Source: Dipteris shenzhenensis (Eukaryota). From it: a stretch of DNA of 64,000 nucleotides. The stretch lies in the NCBI GenBank assembly GCA_047967505.1, contig CM106538.1, one strand, 5' to 3'. The notes beneath the pieces are model-generated. The model worked only from the letters and a program-made list of their open reading frames with translations, did no database searches and had not been told where the DNA came from. This document shows positions 37,607 through 51,389 of the stretch, in pieces; positions within the stretch are counted from its first letter, which is position 1, and every line of letters starts with the position of its first letter. A program made the translations under genes and the position numbers.

Positions 37607-40600
37607 TATTTTCGAAAACATTTTTCCCAACTAAAAGCATTTGAAAATTTTGTAAAAAGCAAGGCTCCCCGCAATCAGTAAGCATCACATAGTCTACCCC
37701 TGGAACAAACCTATCAGGCGGTCTAGACACTCTAGATGATCTTCTCAAGGGCATTTCAGCTTGCTGTCCCACTTGCATATCAGCCACATTTGGCTCATCA
37801 TTTCCACCAATAGATGGTCCATCATCTACCCTTGATTGTATACCTGTGGGAGTACTTGGTGGCACCATTTCTTGCACATTTGGTGCATGGACAGCTTGCT
37901 GTCTATCAACATATGTAGGTGGATTCACATCTTGGAAAGTGATTCTCCTCATTTCCACATCCCTCATGGGTGCCTTATGCATCTTCTTCTCATTGAAGAC
38001 CACATCATGGCTGCGTATGATCTTCTTTGCTTTTGGATCCCAGAGACGATAACCCATCTCTCCACTTTCACCATAACCCAGAAAGATGCATTTCCTAGAC
38101 TTAGGATCTAGCTTCTTTCGAAGCTCTTTTGGCACATGTGCATATGCCTCACACCCAAATATACGCAAATGAGAGTAAGAGGGCTTCTTGCCACTCCATG
38201 CCTCTTCAGGAATACCACCATCCAAACTCTTACTAGGTGATCTATTGATCACATGCACTGCAGTCTTCATTGCCTCAGCCCAAAAACCACCAGAAAGACT
38301 TGCATTGGAAAGCATGCATTGCAACCTTTCTTGAATGGTATGGTTCATCTTTTCTGCAACTGGATTTTGCTCTGGAGTACGAGGGGATGTAAGCTCCCTC
38401 TTAATCCCACGACTATCACAGAAATGCTGAAAGTCATGAGAGAGATACTCTCCACCATTGTCAGTCCGTAGGCATTTAAGCATTCTACCTGACTGATTCT
38501 CAACCAAGGCCAGCCATTTCTGAAATACCTGGAACACATCACTCTTCCGAGCTATAGCATAAGCCCACACTTTCCTAGTTGCATCATCAATGAATGTCAC
38601 ATAGTATTCAGCCCCGCCTAATGACCATGTAGGCATGGGACCACATACGTCTGAATGCACCAAATCAAGCATTTCAAACTCTTTCTTTCCCCTTCTTTTA
38701 TGGGCTGATTTAGTCTGCTTCCCATAGAGACAATGCTCACAAAATTCAAAATCAGAGAAACTCAAATGTGGTACATAACCCAAACGGCATAAGAGTTTCA
38801 TTCCATTCTGGCTCATGTGCCCCAACCTGCAATGCCACAAAGAAGTGCTTGGCTGCTCGGTTATTGCAACAACATGATCAAATACCCCTGATACATGTAA
38901 GGGATACAAAGTCCCACACTTGGCACCCTTGGCCAAAAGCATAGAGCCCTTCTGAATTTTCCAACTCTGAAAGCCAAAAGTGGTGTAAAAACCAGCATCA
39001 TCTAGCTGACCCACTGAAATAAGACTCTTGGTCAGCTTAGGCACATGTCTCACATGTTTCAAAACAAATGCAGACCCATTTCCAAAAGAAAACTATATGT
39101 CACCTGCTCCCACTATGTCACATGCATAGTCATTTCCAAGATGCACACAACCTGTCTTTCCACTATCATAAGTGGAGAACCATTCCCTATGGGGAGTAAC
39201 ATGGAATGAAGCACCAGAATCCAAAATCCAATCCTGGGAATATGCATCATCTGAGGTGGTAAGCAACTCTGCAGATAAACTAGACATGAAAAGAACGTCA
39301 TTGTCACTATCCTGTGTGACTGCATTGATCTCCTCGATCTTCACTTTTCCTTTGTCCTCCCTTGGACTCTCTTCCTTTTGATTTGCACCCCAATTTGCAT
39401 TCTTTTTCTTATCCTTTTGCTCTCTTTTCAGCTTGTAGCAATCCTTTTTCATATGGCCCTTCTTGCCACAATGGTAACACTCAATGTTCCGTGCCCTGGA
39501 TTTGCTACGAGATTTCCCTCTTTCTTGGGACTTCCCCCTGAACTGTGATCTGCCCCTTTGCAAATTTAAGGCTGCATCCTGCTTGTTGCCATCCATAGAC
39601 TTCCGTCTAATCTCCTCGGCCAACAAGCTACCCACAACATCATCAAATTTCAGTACTCCACCAGGTGCAGAGTTACTGATAGCTGTACGGAAGGTATCCC
39701 ATGAGGATGGCAATGAACATAAGAGAAATATTGCCTTAGTCTCCTCATCAAAATTCATTTTCTGAGCCTGAAGCTGGCTGAAAATAATATTGAATTCATT
39801 CATGTGAGAAGCAATGGAGACCCCTTCCTTCATCTGCAACTCAAACAACCTCTTCATGAGGTAAACTTTATTAGAGGCAGTTTCCTTCTCATAAGTGGCA
39901 CACAGTTTCTTCCACAAATCTTCCGTAGTCTGCTCATTTACTACTGTGAAATAAACTGACTCTGCAAGATGAAGTCTAATAGTAGACTTTGCTAATGCAT
40001 CCAACTCATTCCAATCATCCTCAGACATATTTGCAGGCTTAGCTTCAATCCCTGCCAAGGGTTTAATCTGCTTCTTTTGAATAAGCACATCCCTTATTTG
40101 TTCTTTCCACAAAGAAAAGTTTGTCCCATCAAACTTTCTAATGCTGAAAAACTCCTTTTCAGACATGGAAGAGGATGCCATGATGCAAATGAAACAAAAT
40201 CCCAAATGCTAGTCCCTGCAAGAGAGAATCACACCAAATACTAGGTGCACCCAAATGTGTATGCCACAATAGACTGAAATATCACAAAAAACTCAAAGCT
40301 CAAAGCATCAAAAGATGCATCTGACTCATGTGCATATACTATGCATCCATATGAGCAAATCTGGCCCAAAAGAAAATGCCAATAAGTGCCAAATGACTCA
40401 AGCATAAACACAGTCCACTGGCATATGCATCAATTATATCTCATCCAAGAGAGCATAGCACTATCAGTGCATCACCTGCAATGTGTCAAAGCTGTCCCTC
40501 AGCTTAAAATAGCATCCATGTGCAAAGCGTCCATAAAAAATAGCATCCCACAAGGCAATTTCTCGGCAATTTGGGCCTATCAGCGCATCCAACAAGGACC

Positions 40601-41804
40601 GCAATGCATCCAAATGGCCTATAAATAATCCATTGCAACCCAATGCATACCACGAATGAGCGCACACTGCTCAAACTCTGCAACCAGAGTGATCTGCATA
40701 ACATATGCTCAAGAAATCATAGTCCCACGGTAATGAGCGCTACTGAAAATAGAACCTGAGATGCTTCAAAACATGGGCGCCATTGCATAATCGGACTCAG
40801 CAAGAAAATCTGCAAATATCTCTCTTCTGCCAGAACTCCAAAATCCCAATGGATGAGTGAGAAATGGGAGTCAACACTTATCCACTGCCATGTGGCATAA
40901 ATCTAAGGTTTCAAAACCTTAGTATGAAAAATGCATAACAGAGAGACGAAATCGAATACACAGAGATTTATAACTCTGAAAATCCTCCACCGAATCACGC
41001 AAGAATTGATAGGTAGGGGTTTTTGGGCGTCCGGAACGCAATGGGATAGACGGTATTGGAAACCGTGGTCTCAATCACTGGGTCCAACACACGGACTGAA
41101 AAACGTTTTTTGAAACAGAGCTGTTTGTAAACTCCACCGGAGTGCGAATGATGAGCAACATAGAAGTTTTAGGACCTCCTGAGTCCACCGGAACTGACAA
41201 ATCTGTAGATGGTTGCTCCAAACTTGAGTTCCAACACCCGGGCAAAAAACGCAGGAACTGACACAGTGACTCAGAAATCCAATGAAATGATCCCAGATTT
41301 AGGAATGAAGGTGTTTCCAGGCTCCTGAAGTAATGTGGACACCAAAAGCAAGCAATAGTTGCCTCTACAAGTCAATACGGAGTCTCTGTCATCGAACGGA
41401 ACAAGAAAAAGCTCAAAAAACGACTTTTTCTTTGAAACCACTTAACAGGCTCTCAAAACCACTTCGCAAAGCCAAAGTGACTTTTCCAAATGTTCCTCAA
41501 AGGTCTCTGCACACTCGGATGCAAGTAAAGTCACCCACAAAGCTTCCCACAGAGCTTCTTCTTCCTCCCACAGAGCTGCTGATCTTCAAGCATTCACGCA
41601 CGCTCAGCTAGATCACTCGGGCTCTGATACCAGTTGAGAGTGCTCTCAACGGAAGCAAGAACGGAAGAAGGAGAAAGAGAGACAGAGAGTCACACAAGTT
41701 TGGTGGGTGCAGAACCACCCTAATCTTCTTTTTCATTCATTTATATATGTGTTTGAGTATTGTACATAACCGGGGTTAAGGCACAGTGACCTTTAACCCC
41801 CACA
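35696..41804 (-). mobile_element. Near full-length Ty1/Copia retrotransposon with 170-bp LTRs
   Basis: LTRs at 35696-35865 and 41635-41804 (5 transitions in 170 bp). PBS TGGTATCAGAGC at 41621-41632 (minus strand), PPT AAGTGGGAGG next to the 3' LTR, TSD ATAGG/ATAGA. Confidence 0.97.
35919..40181 (-). pseudogene. Copia gag-pol polyprotein, disrupted
   Basis: gag KFDGTNFSLWK and CYHCGKKGHMKKDC, protease WILDSGAS, integrase HSDVCGP/LRTDNGGEY, RT QMDVKTAFLHG/LYVDDML, RNase H GYTDSDYAG/TEAEYVA. Contains stops, frameshifts and a foreign segment. Confidence 0.95.
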
Positions 41805-43225
41805 ATAGACACCTAAAGGCCATGAAAGAGCTTTAATTCATAGGATCCATATTTTAGAGAGACCATGAGAAATATCTAGCAGGGACAATTATCCAATCAA
41901 TATACACTAAAGGATGGTTTCGTTATATAGAATGATCAAGACATGAGAGCTAAAGTTTTGGAAGCATGCCCCTCCTTAAGCAAGTCATCGGGGCATTTCA
42001 TCTACTACACAAGCCATTGAAAGATATTTCTTTTGGCTAGGAATGCAGAAGGATATACACAAGTTTGTGATGGAATGTCTCACATGCCAAAAGGTGAAGT
42101 ATGATAGGCACAAGACCCCAAGACTTCTCATGCCACTGCCCCATACAATCGGGACCATGGGAGAGTATTGTGATGGACCTCATCTTTGACACTCCCAAAT
42201 CTAGGTATGGGAATGATGGGATATGCACAATAATTGGTAGGTTCAGTAAGCAGGCCCACTTCATTCTCATGAGAAAAATCATTAAGAAGGACCACATGGC
42301 TAGGTTGTTTTTAGCACAAATCTTGAAACACCATGGGATACCTAAATCGATTGTCAGTAATCAAGATCCCAAGATGACTAGTTTCTTCTAGCTAGCACTG
42401 TTTGATAACATGGGTATGAAGTTGGATTTCTCATCGTCATTTCATCCCCAGATGGATGGACAAAGTGAGAATGCCAATTCTGCAGTATTGGATCTTCTCA
42501 AATTTTATGTGTCCAAATAGAGGAATGAATGGGAAAAGTATCTCCCTCTTGTAGAATTTGCATACAATAATACTATTCACAGCTCCAAAAAAAATCCGCA
42601 TTTGATGTCATTTATGGAAAGGTGATTGTCACCTATCCTCAAAATAAAGGATGGGATACTTGCATCTGATCAATTTTTCCCAGGTGTGGAAAACAATTGC
42701 AAGATCTCAACAAAAGCAAAAGAAGGATGGAAATAAGCACAAGAGAGAAATGAATCTTCAAGAGAAGGAGGTTGAAGCCTGCTGGGCATTACTTATGTTT
42801 GAAAAAGCAAGTAATGGAAAGAAAAAGTATACCCAAAGTTGTCTCCTAGATATTATGTGCCCTTCCACATTAGTAAGCCCATAAATGAAGTCATGTATTG
42901 ACTAGAGTCACCCGAGACTTGGAAGATTCACAACGCTTTCATGTGAGTCTCCTCAAGAAGTACCAAGGACCAATGCCCACTAAACCAGTTCAAGAAGCAC
43001 CACCAAAGTTGGAAGAGATGGAGAAGATCCTCCAACCAGAATAGATTGCATATCACAAAAAAAATAAAGGACCTAGAGGCAAGCTCATTTGCGCGGATAC
43101 CTTGTTAAGTTTAAGAACTATTCGCCAAGTGGGTAGATGAGAAATTCTTTACAGAATACCCTCAGTTTTTGCAAGTGTATCAAGAAGCATTTTATTTGAG
43201 TGCAATTGATTAGTAGCTAATGGGA

Positions 43226-43813
43226 TGTCACCATTTGGTGCTTCTCATAAGATATAAAGAGTAATCTTTATTAGAATTGACTTTGATGTAAGAATGTTTG
43301 CTTTGGTAACTAAGAATAAAATTTATTATTTTACTTTTGCTTTGCATTAGTAAAAAAGAACTATGGGAACACCCACAAGGGACTATGGCTAGTCTAAGGA
43401 CTAGGAATGCATGCGTTTTGCTAGCCTTTAATGGGTTAAAGTGTTGGTATTTGTGTAGGACTTGGAAGAGTGCTAAAAGGCTAAACAATGATGGAGAAAT
43501 TGGCAAAAGTGGGTACTACAAGGCAAAAAGCAATAGGAAAGATGGCGCCACATGGGGTTCTAGAAAGGACACAAAAGCTACGCAAAAGCATGGTAAAGCA
43601 AGAACTCTTAGTGTTGCTTTGTAGAAAAACAGGTCTGGATTTTAGCTAGGTCCACTCTATAAAAGAATGGCCTCAGAGCTCCTAGATTTTTTCAAGAGTT
43701 GTACTCAGCTTCATGCTCTTCATAGAGTTAGTTGTACAAATTTTATTTTTTGCTTTAAATACCTTCATGGGTGTCCAGTGCTTATTTCTAGGCTCTAGTG
43801 TTGTGTATTGCCT

Positions 43814-43888
<75 letters not shown>

Positions 43889-44173
43889 GATTTAAATTGT
43901 AGCCACCTATGGGCTAACAAGCTGCTATGATTAGGGTTTCTAGCCCACACTAGTGTTTTAGATCTGCTATGGTTTATTCCAAGAGTCCAAGACCTAGTTG
44001 CAGTTTGTACCAAGAGGCTAGACCTAGAAATTGTTTTAGAAGACCGAGTTTGCTATAAACTACTTAAGGAGGCCCTAATTGCTGTGACTTGAGCCGAGGC
44101 TGCCAAACTTGATTGTGATCAATCTACCCAGGGCTTCTAGTTGTTGTAAATTTATACTAGGGGTGTTTTTACA
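43226..44173 (+). repeat. Gypsy 3' LTR (TG...CA, ~948 bp)
   Basis: Starts TGTCACC just after AATGGGA and ends TTTTTACA. Its last ~280 bp match the truncated 5' LTR at 32301-32590. Confidence 0.7.
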
Positions 44174-44937
44174 GTGCCTAGAGTTTGTTCACTTTTTTTT
44201 AGAGAACCACAAGAAAGGAAGGATGTGAAGCAAAGGACATTGAGCTGTTACTCAACGAAGAACAAGCAAGAGGTACATTCTTTCTCTCAAATCTAGCATC
44301 ATCCATTCATTCCAACCACGTTTTTTCCTCCATGCATGCGAAAAATGAGAGGGAAATCAAGAATGGGAGAGAGGGAGGGGAGACGGGAGAGGGAAATCTA
44401 GAATGGGAAAGGAATGGAGGAGGAAAAGAAGAGTGGGGAGGAAAGAGAGAAAAGGAGAGAGAAAAGGCAAAGGAAAGGGAGAGAGGAGGAGGAGGAAGGG
44501 GAGAGAAAGAAAGGAACAAAAAATTTATCAAAGCTCACATTAGAGGAGATAGGCCTCAATTTTGAAGAGTGGGATCCCTCTCCAACTATGTCTCCAATGC
44601 TTGAAATGTGTAGGAGGTGTGTGGGAATTTTAAAGGGCAGAGAATTTGAGATCTTGAAAGTTTGAAAGGAGAAATGCGAGCAACACATCAGCTTTTCCCA
44701 CAAGGACATTGCTAGCTCCATCGGTATTTAGGGCGATACTCTTTTGGATACAAAAATAGTAATCCTATAAAAAATTGACTAATTTTTAATTAAATTTTGA
44801 AGAAATATACTTGTTGATCATTTCCATGTGTTGACATAGCTACAAAATTGATGACATGTATTGGGTTATGGAATTTGGCACATAAGAAGTATGAAATGGT
44901 TCTCTTTGAAAAGTTTAATCTTGTCATTTGAATGATG

Positions 44938-45930
44938 CATGTGGGTCCACCAATGTTTATACTACATGGGGAAGTTGGGCATTGGTGCTCAGAATGCAAC
45001 TAGAATTGGTGGACCTTTGAATCGCAATGGGACAAAGATTCATGCTAGGTTACATTGCATTTGGAGTAGCATCAGGCCTTGTTTTAGGGTGCACATGCAT
45101 TTCTTTACACACACCTTGCTGATAAATTTTCCATGGGGTAAGGCCAGATGTAGGGCTCCATATCTTGTAATGGGGCCTTGGTGTGACTCTAGTCACTATG
45201 GACCTAACCACTATGCCAAAATGTCTAGACATCTCTACTTTTATTACGTCCCAAGAGGCATGCACCTGGACACATGTGGGTCCACCAACATTGGTATTCC
45301 ATAGAGAAGTTGAGCATTGGTGGTCAGAATGGTACCAAAATTTGTGGGCCTTTAAATCATAATTGGAAATAGATTCATGCTAGGTTTCCTTACGCATATG
45401 CTTTTCTTTATTGAACACTTTCCATATGGATTTTCAATAGGGTAAGGCCAAATGCAGAGCTTCGTGTCTTGTAATGGGACAATATTTGGTGTTTCTCTAG
45501 GTCACTATTGTCCCAAGAACCATGCCAATTCTTTTCCCATAAAAAGGTTAGCACATGCACCTTTTTAGACAAATTGCAGTGGCATACACTTGGATACGTG
45601 TGGGTCCATGATGTTAGTTTTGCATGGGAATGTTGGGCGTCCCAAATGGGACCAAGGTTAGTAGGTCTCTAAATCATGATATTACAAAGATTCATGCTAG
45701 GCTTTATGGCATTTGATAAGGTGCATAGACTTGTTTTACCACACCCTAAGCTAATTAGATTTCAATATGGTAAGGTCAAATATAGGGCTCCATGTCTTGT
45801 AATGGGAAAAGATTTGATTTTCATATAGGCCACAATGAGCCCAAGCCTTGTTCCAAATCTTGTCCCATAAAAGATCCACACATGCACTTTTCTTAGAAAA
45901 TTCCTATTGGCATGCATTCAGACACGTTTG
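44938..45930. repeat. Three diverged ~330-bp tandem units
   Basis: CATGTGGGTCCAC...GATTCATGCTAGG...GGTAAGGCCA...CTTGTAATGGG recurs from 44938, 45273 and 45597. Confidence 0.8.
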
Positions 45931-46420
45931 GGTAAGAAACAAGGAAATATGCATGCCCAACCATGGAAATGATATCTGATGGATATGATACTTTGTACAG
46001 GCCTTGATGCAAATAAGATTAAGGTCTATGCAAAGTATCTTACCCATCGAAGAAACACACATAGGCTATTAGCAAACCAATGCATATTCTTGACACTCAT
46101 GCTTGATGGGTGGGTACGAGACAAGGAAATATGCATCCCCAACCATGCAAATGTTATCCGATGGATATGATATTTTTCACAAGCTTTACTGTGAGTAAGA
46201 TTATGTCTTTTGCAAAGTATCATACCCATCAAATACAAACACATAGACTAGAAGCACACTAATGCATAGTTTTTTATACTCATGGATGATAAGTAGTAAG
46301 AAACAAGGGAACATGCATCCCCAAACATGCAAATGTATCCGATGGGTATGACACTTTACACAAGCCTTTATGCGATTAAGATTAAGACCTGTGCAAAGTA
46401 TCATATCCATTGGAGACACA
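45931..46420. repeat. Three ~182-bp tandem units, each with an internal inverted repeat
   Basis: Units start at ~45931, 46112 and 46295. The arms are GATGGRTATGATACTTT...AAAGTATCATACCCATC. Confidence 0.85.
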
Positions 46421-46819
46421 CACATTTTTAGCCCGATTTCCTTATGGTAACCTAAATGTATCAAGAGCGCTCATTTAAAATAGATGCAGGTCAAAAGGAG
46501 ACAAGAAAAATGAATAATAATAGAGGGAATAATAGAGGGCTTTAGAAAGAACACTCCTCATTTCAACACAAACTATCTTTACTCTCTGCCATCTCAGGTT
46601 CTACGATTGAACTCCTAGCATCCCTATGATCTTCTTTAGGTGCATCCCATTCTCTTCAATACCATGCTTGGCTATGAAGCATGTGTCCATGTCTCTCTAC
46701 TATTGGATGCCTTTGTGCAAGGAGAATTGGTAAGGGATGGTGGTCCAAATTCTATTTGGATAGAACAAAGTCCTAGTCTTAGAGCACTATTACTAACAAC
46801 AAGTCACACAAGAAGAACC

Positions 46820-47700
46820 CACTATTGCTAATCATACACTTGGCAAATGAAGTGGCATATGCAAGAGCTTTACTTAGCTGGTGGATGTTTTTCTTGAACC
46901 CATTAATGAAGGTGTTGAAAGGGTATGTAAGGCACAAAGCTAGAATAGAGAGTAGAGTGGTAGAAGGATGGTTGGTGCAAGAGTTAATGTTTTACATTAT
47001 GGAGTTCCTTATACAAATCAATCTAGGCATAATAGTGATGGTCCACAAGTTATTGGAGAGATCAGACAAGGGAAGGGAAAGAAAACCAACATGAGTTTTT
47101 GCTTGCAACTCAAGTGAACACCTTTTGTCTTTACAAATGTGAAAAAATGGATCAACCAATAAGAACAAGAAAGAGCTAAAGAGAAGAGAATAGAAAAGCA
47201 TGGCAAAGGACCAATAGAGGTAAGCCTTGTCCTCTAGAGTTATTGGGGTAAGGCTTGCTAAATGCACCATTAATTGGCTAGAAGATGCTCTCAAAGATGC
47301 CACTCAAAGAGGGGAGATTGTGTCAGATTGGGAGAAGGAATTTGCATGGGGTTGTGATCTACAAGCGTATAATCATATTGCTTTTATTTACATTCCTTTA
47401 TACGCTTTATGTATATGCTAAAGAAAATTCCATCACCTCTGTAGCACCAATGCAATGTGGGTTGTATGGTAGTCACTACTGAGTAGAGAAACTCAATGTA
47501 AAGTGTAATAAATTTGATCAAGGAGTCATGGCCAACTTCTTGCAAGACAATAGAGCTAGTGCAAGGGATACAAATCACATTACATGTGAAATGGATTATG
47601 TTGGAACCATACAAGAGATTTTGCAAGTGAATTTCAAAGCATTTATATTTGATGATCGACTGGATGGGCATTAATCTCACAAGGAAGATTCCACTGAGGC
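46820..47700 (+). pseudogene. CACTA/En-Spm TnpD transposase C-terminal fragment (DUF4218/DUF4216-like)
   Basis: HLANEV...WWMFFLNPLMKVLKGYVRHKARIESRVVEGWLVQE fits the TnpD pattern HL..E..RWMY..ER.M..LK.YVRN...EG.I.EGY...E. DYVGTIQEILQVNF follows at ~47594. Confidence 0.8.
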
Positions 47701-48059
47701 TTCAATTGATTAAAGAATGGAGGACAACATTGATAGAAAATATATTTGGTTGTGAAAACATTTGTATTTGATTTCATTATTGCAAGGTGCAAGGCAAAAC
47801 CCCACTTAGTCCAAAAGTGTCAATGGTTAAGGTGCTTGTAGATTAGTGATGCTTTTTTCAATGCTGTAGTTTTTAAGAAGCATTATCTGATGTTAATATT
47901 GATGCTTACTGGAGTTTTATCGATGCTAATATTGACGGTAATAGAGACCATAATATCAATGAATATAGCTGTTGCACTAATATCAATGCTGCAAGCTTGC
48001 AAAAAAAACTTTTAAAAAAGCATGGATTGTACGTGTTGATATTGTTGTAAATGCTAGTA

Positions 48060-48445
48060 GTGCGTGTGCACACATGTGTACACACACACACACACACACA
48101 GACACATACGTGTATGCAAACCTTTGCACACACAAACACATAGAGAGCATCAACATTTGTGTGTGCATATACGTATGCACACATATACACAAACATGCAC
48201 ACACAAACACATAGAGAGCATCCATGTTTGCGTGTGCATGTATGTGAACACACATGTGGACACATGCACATTAAGAACATGCATGCACACATGTAGACAT
48301 GAGGTTGACACTTGAACACATTCACATCCATGTGCAAATGTACGCGCACGTGCACACACACACACACATAGAGCATCCACACTATGTGCACATGTATTCA
48401 TGCACACATGTACACACATGCACATAAGTGCATGTGTGAGCGTGC

Positions 48446-48497
<52 letters not shown>

Positions 48498-48555
48498 GAG
48501 GGAGGGAGGGAGGGAGGGAGAAGAAAAACAAAAAGAAGAAGAAGAAGAAGAAGGA
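48060..48555. repeat. Degenerate (CA/TG)n tract followed by (GA)n and (GAA)n
   Basis: Directly visible low-complexity sequence. Confidence 0.9.
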
Positions 48556-49200
48556 ACAAATTTTTATGTCATAGCAACACCATAGGAGGATAGATGATAG
48601 GATATATTAGCGTCAAATCAACCTTAAAACAAAGTGAATTTCACTAAATAATAGTTTCATCCTAGTGTATTACATCTTATATTCATTGATTCAATATCCC
48701 ATAAGGGTCTAAAGATGAGGTATCTTCTTGCTCAAATAGAAAGGATCATTGAAATAATATGCCTTTTACAAAAATATGTATTCCTCCACCAACTCTTTAA
48801 GACTTACTAAAGAAGCGAGAGAGAGAAAGGACTTAGTTTTCTTTCCAAAAAAATCATTAGAAGTGAGTTGGAAACTTCCAAAATGCTAGATAACTTCTCC
48901 TATCTTCATTTGAATATATACTTAACTTCACATGCATTTATTTAATATAGTTTGCTATAATGACCACAACGTGGTCATTTTATGAATGTTATTTTTATTC
49001 GCCTATCTTGGACTTTATGATGACAGAATGTGAAACATCAACCACCTTTTCCCCAAGTTGTAATAGACATGCTACGTCAAACAATAAAGTCCTACATAGT
49101 ATTCTTATGAAAATGATAAAAGGTAATAGGCTAGATTAGAATACAATCATGCAGCTGCTCGTGCAAGTACATGTTTATGCATGCGAGCACACACACATAT

Positions 49201-49250
49201 GGAGAGAGATAGAGAGAGAGAGAGAGAGGGGGGGGGAAGGGGAGGGGGGG

Positions 49251-49309
<59 letters not shown>

Positions 49310-49387
49310 GGGAGGGGGAAGAGGGGGGGAAGGGAGAGATGGAGGGAGGGAGAGACGGAGGGAGGGAGGGAGGGAGGGAGAGGGAGG

Positions 49388-49434
<47 letters not shown>

Positions 49435-49480
49435 GGGAGGGAGGGAGGCGGGGGGGAGGGAGGGAGAGGGGGGGGGGAGG

Positions 49481-49527
<47 letters not shown>

Positions 49528-49549
49528 GAGGGAGGGAGGGGGGGGGAGG

Positions 49550-49591
<42 letters not shown>
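49201..49591. repeat. ~390-bp polypurine tract of (GA)n and G-runs
   Basis: Almost only G and A on the + strand. Confidence 0.95.
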
Positions 49592-49593
<2 letters not shown>

Positions 49594-51205
49594 CTATACT
49601 TTGATGCTATAGGCAATGGAAGGCTATGAAGGTGCTTAGTGCACAATTATGCATATGTGTGAGTGCGAGTGGGTATGTGGTAGGGGCATTTTACAAATGT
49701 GTATTAAGGAGTGGGTATTTAGGAATGCATGTGAACATGTGCATGTGTGCACACACTTTTGAGGAGTGTAAAGTGAAAGGGAGCCCATGCAAATTTTGAA
49801 AATGATGATTGCTCCTCATTCTAGATGGTGTAATGAGGAAGGGATGTTGGGAGTTCGTTTCGTAGTAAGCAAAGATCGAGATGTTAGTTTGGGGTCTTTT
49901 TTTGAAAGAGGACCCGCACTCAATCACTAACACAAAGACTACATATTTAAAATTTAGAATAACAGGATGGTGAAGGGAGTGTACATTTTAGAGGGTGTGA
50001 TTAAGGTGTAATGCGATGAATCTTGGAATTGAATGGGTGAGTGTGTAGTTTTAATTTGCTCCCACATACAATAAGTGGGGGAGCTTTCATAATAGGGTGA
50101 AAGTTGCCACCAATCTAATAAGCAAGAGCACCTCGGAGGGCACACTAACCTGTTAATTGCCATGTTGCCTGGTGGGCTTTGTAAAAGCATTGTAATGGGG
50201 CTTCTTGATGACAATCCACTTTTTACAATGGTGAGACACAAAGGTGGTGTTTGAGAGAGAGAGAGAGAGAGAGAGGTGGACAATCTAAAATAATCATTAC
50301 TTCGAGGACATGACCATTGAAAATGATGGTACGGCATCTATCCTTAGCCATATGGATGTGCTTGGATTGGGGAAAGGAGCTACTGGCGAGCATTGACTTC
50401 GTAGAAAGGGTGTTAGGTTTCCTCCTAGTGGTTTCGACATTGGGCCTCAATGTTGAAGTCTTTGGCTCAGATTTTGAGGCACCAACCTTCAAGGTTTCCA
50501 TAGTAGTCCTAGTAGGTGCCTATGGTGTGCAGGTGGGGTCTTGTATGAGAGGCTAGATAAAAACTCTGTGAATGCAATGTTTCGTGCTTCTCCTCTATGG
50601 CGGTAAAAGACTGGGGTATAAACCTCTTGCATTAATCAAGCATGTGTGCTGGCCCTCCTTGAGGAGCTTAGCCTCAAATGTATGGATATGGGTGAGTTAC
50701 CCAAATAAAAGTTGCCATGGTGGTAGTGTTGCAGGCCGTGATTAGCGCACCTCCCCATAAGTGCAACTGCGACTCGATAGTCAACAAAGGGGTGGCATTA
50801 GTCTGAAGGTTTCCATAACCTAGTCATTGACTACTAGGAGAATAATCTTTGGATGACCCCCTCAATAATCGCAAACATCTATGCTTTCTTTGTTGATTCC
50901 CAAAAGAACTATTTTCAATATTCATGCTCAAAGCAATATATGCATGCTTTTGTACTAAGTTATTTTCGTGTATGCTATGGCAAATAGGTGGTAGGCGGAG
51001 TGCATGTCGCCTTGAGGAGTTGCTTGGGCTACTAAAGAAGCATCATAGAGAAAACTCTAACTACCAAAGCACGCCTTGTGGGTGAAGGTTCTTTAAGGGG
51101 TGGAAAGCTTGGGCATCGAGATGAATTTCCTAGGGAGTTGACTTGGTTGGCTAGCTTTCCCTCATTGGTTGCCAGCCTTGGGCTATAGCCAAGATTGCAA
51201 TTCTA

Positions 51206-51389
51206 GGTCAATAATCCTTTTCCTTGACGGGGACATTTTCAAACATTTGCAAATTGCTAGCTGTCGACTTGTAATCTTGGTGAAAGCCCAGGTTGGTAGC
51301 AACCGGGAGAAAGTTAGCGGGGGGCAAGTCAGTAAAGAGAGCTCGCGAGTGTTTTAAGACGTCCCCGTCAAGGAAAAGGATTGTTGACC
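51206..51389. mobile_element. MITE-like foldback with ~41-bp terminal inverted repeats
   Basis: Left arm GGTCAATAATCCTTTTCCTTGACGGGGACATTTTCAAACAT; reverse complement of the right arm GGTCAACAATCCTTTTCCTTGACGGGGACGTCTTAAAACAC. No clear TSD. Confidence 0.65.

Larger units (their letters stand above)
32301..44173 (+). mobile_element. Decayed Ty3/Gypsy element (chromovirus-like) interrupted by a Copia insertion
   Basis: Protease LFDPRAIGSFIS (33906), RT VDYRALNK..DLKSGYHQIRI (34638-34790), RNase H DCDAS and ADALSRR, integrase WESIVMDLI and FHPQMDGQSE (42150-42470), and a chromodomain-like YLVKFKNYSP (~43100). Segment 32301-32590 is homologous to 43890-44170. Confidence 0.9.

Noticed and set aside
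49131-49646. ER/LS-repeat ORFs here and at 31.3-32.4, 43.7-44.7 and 47.9-48.6 kb
   Set aside because: They are artefacts of microsatellite and low-complexity sequence.
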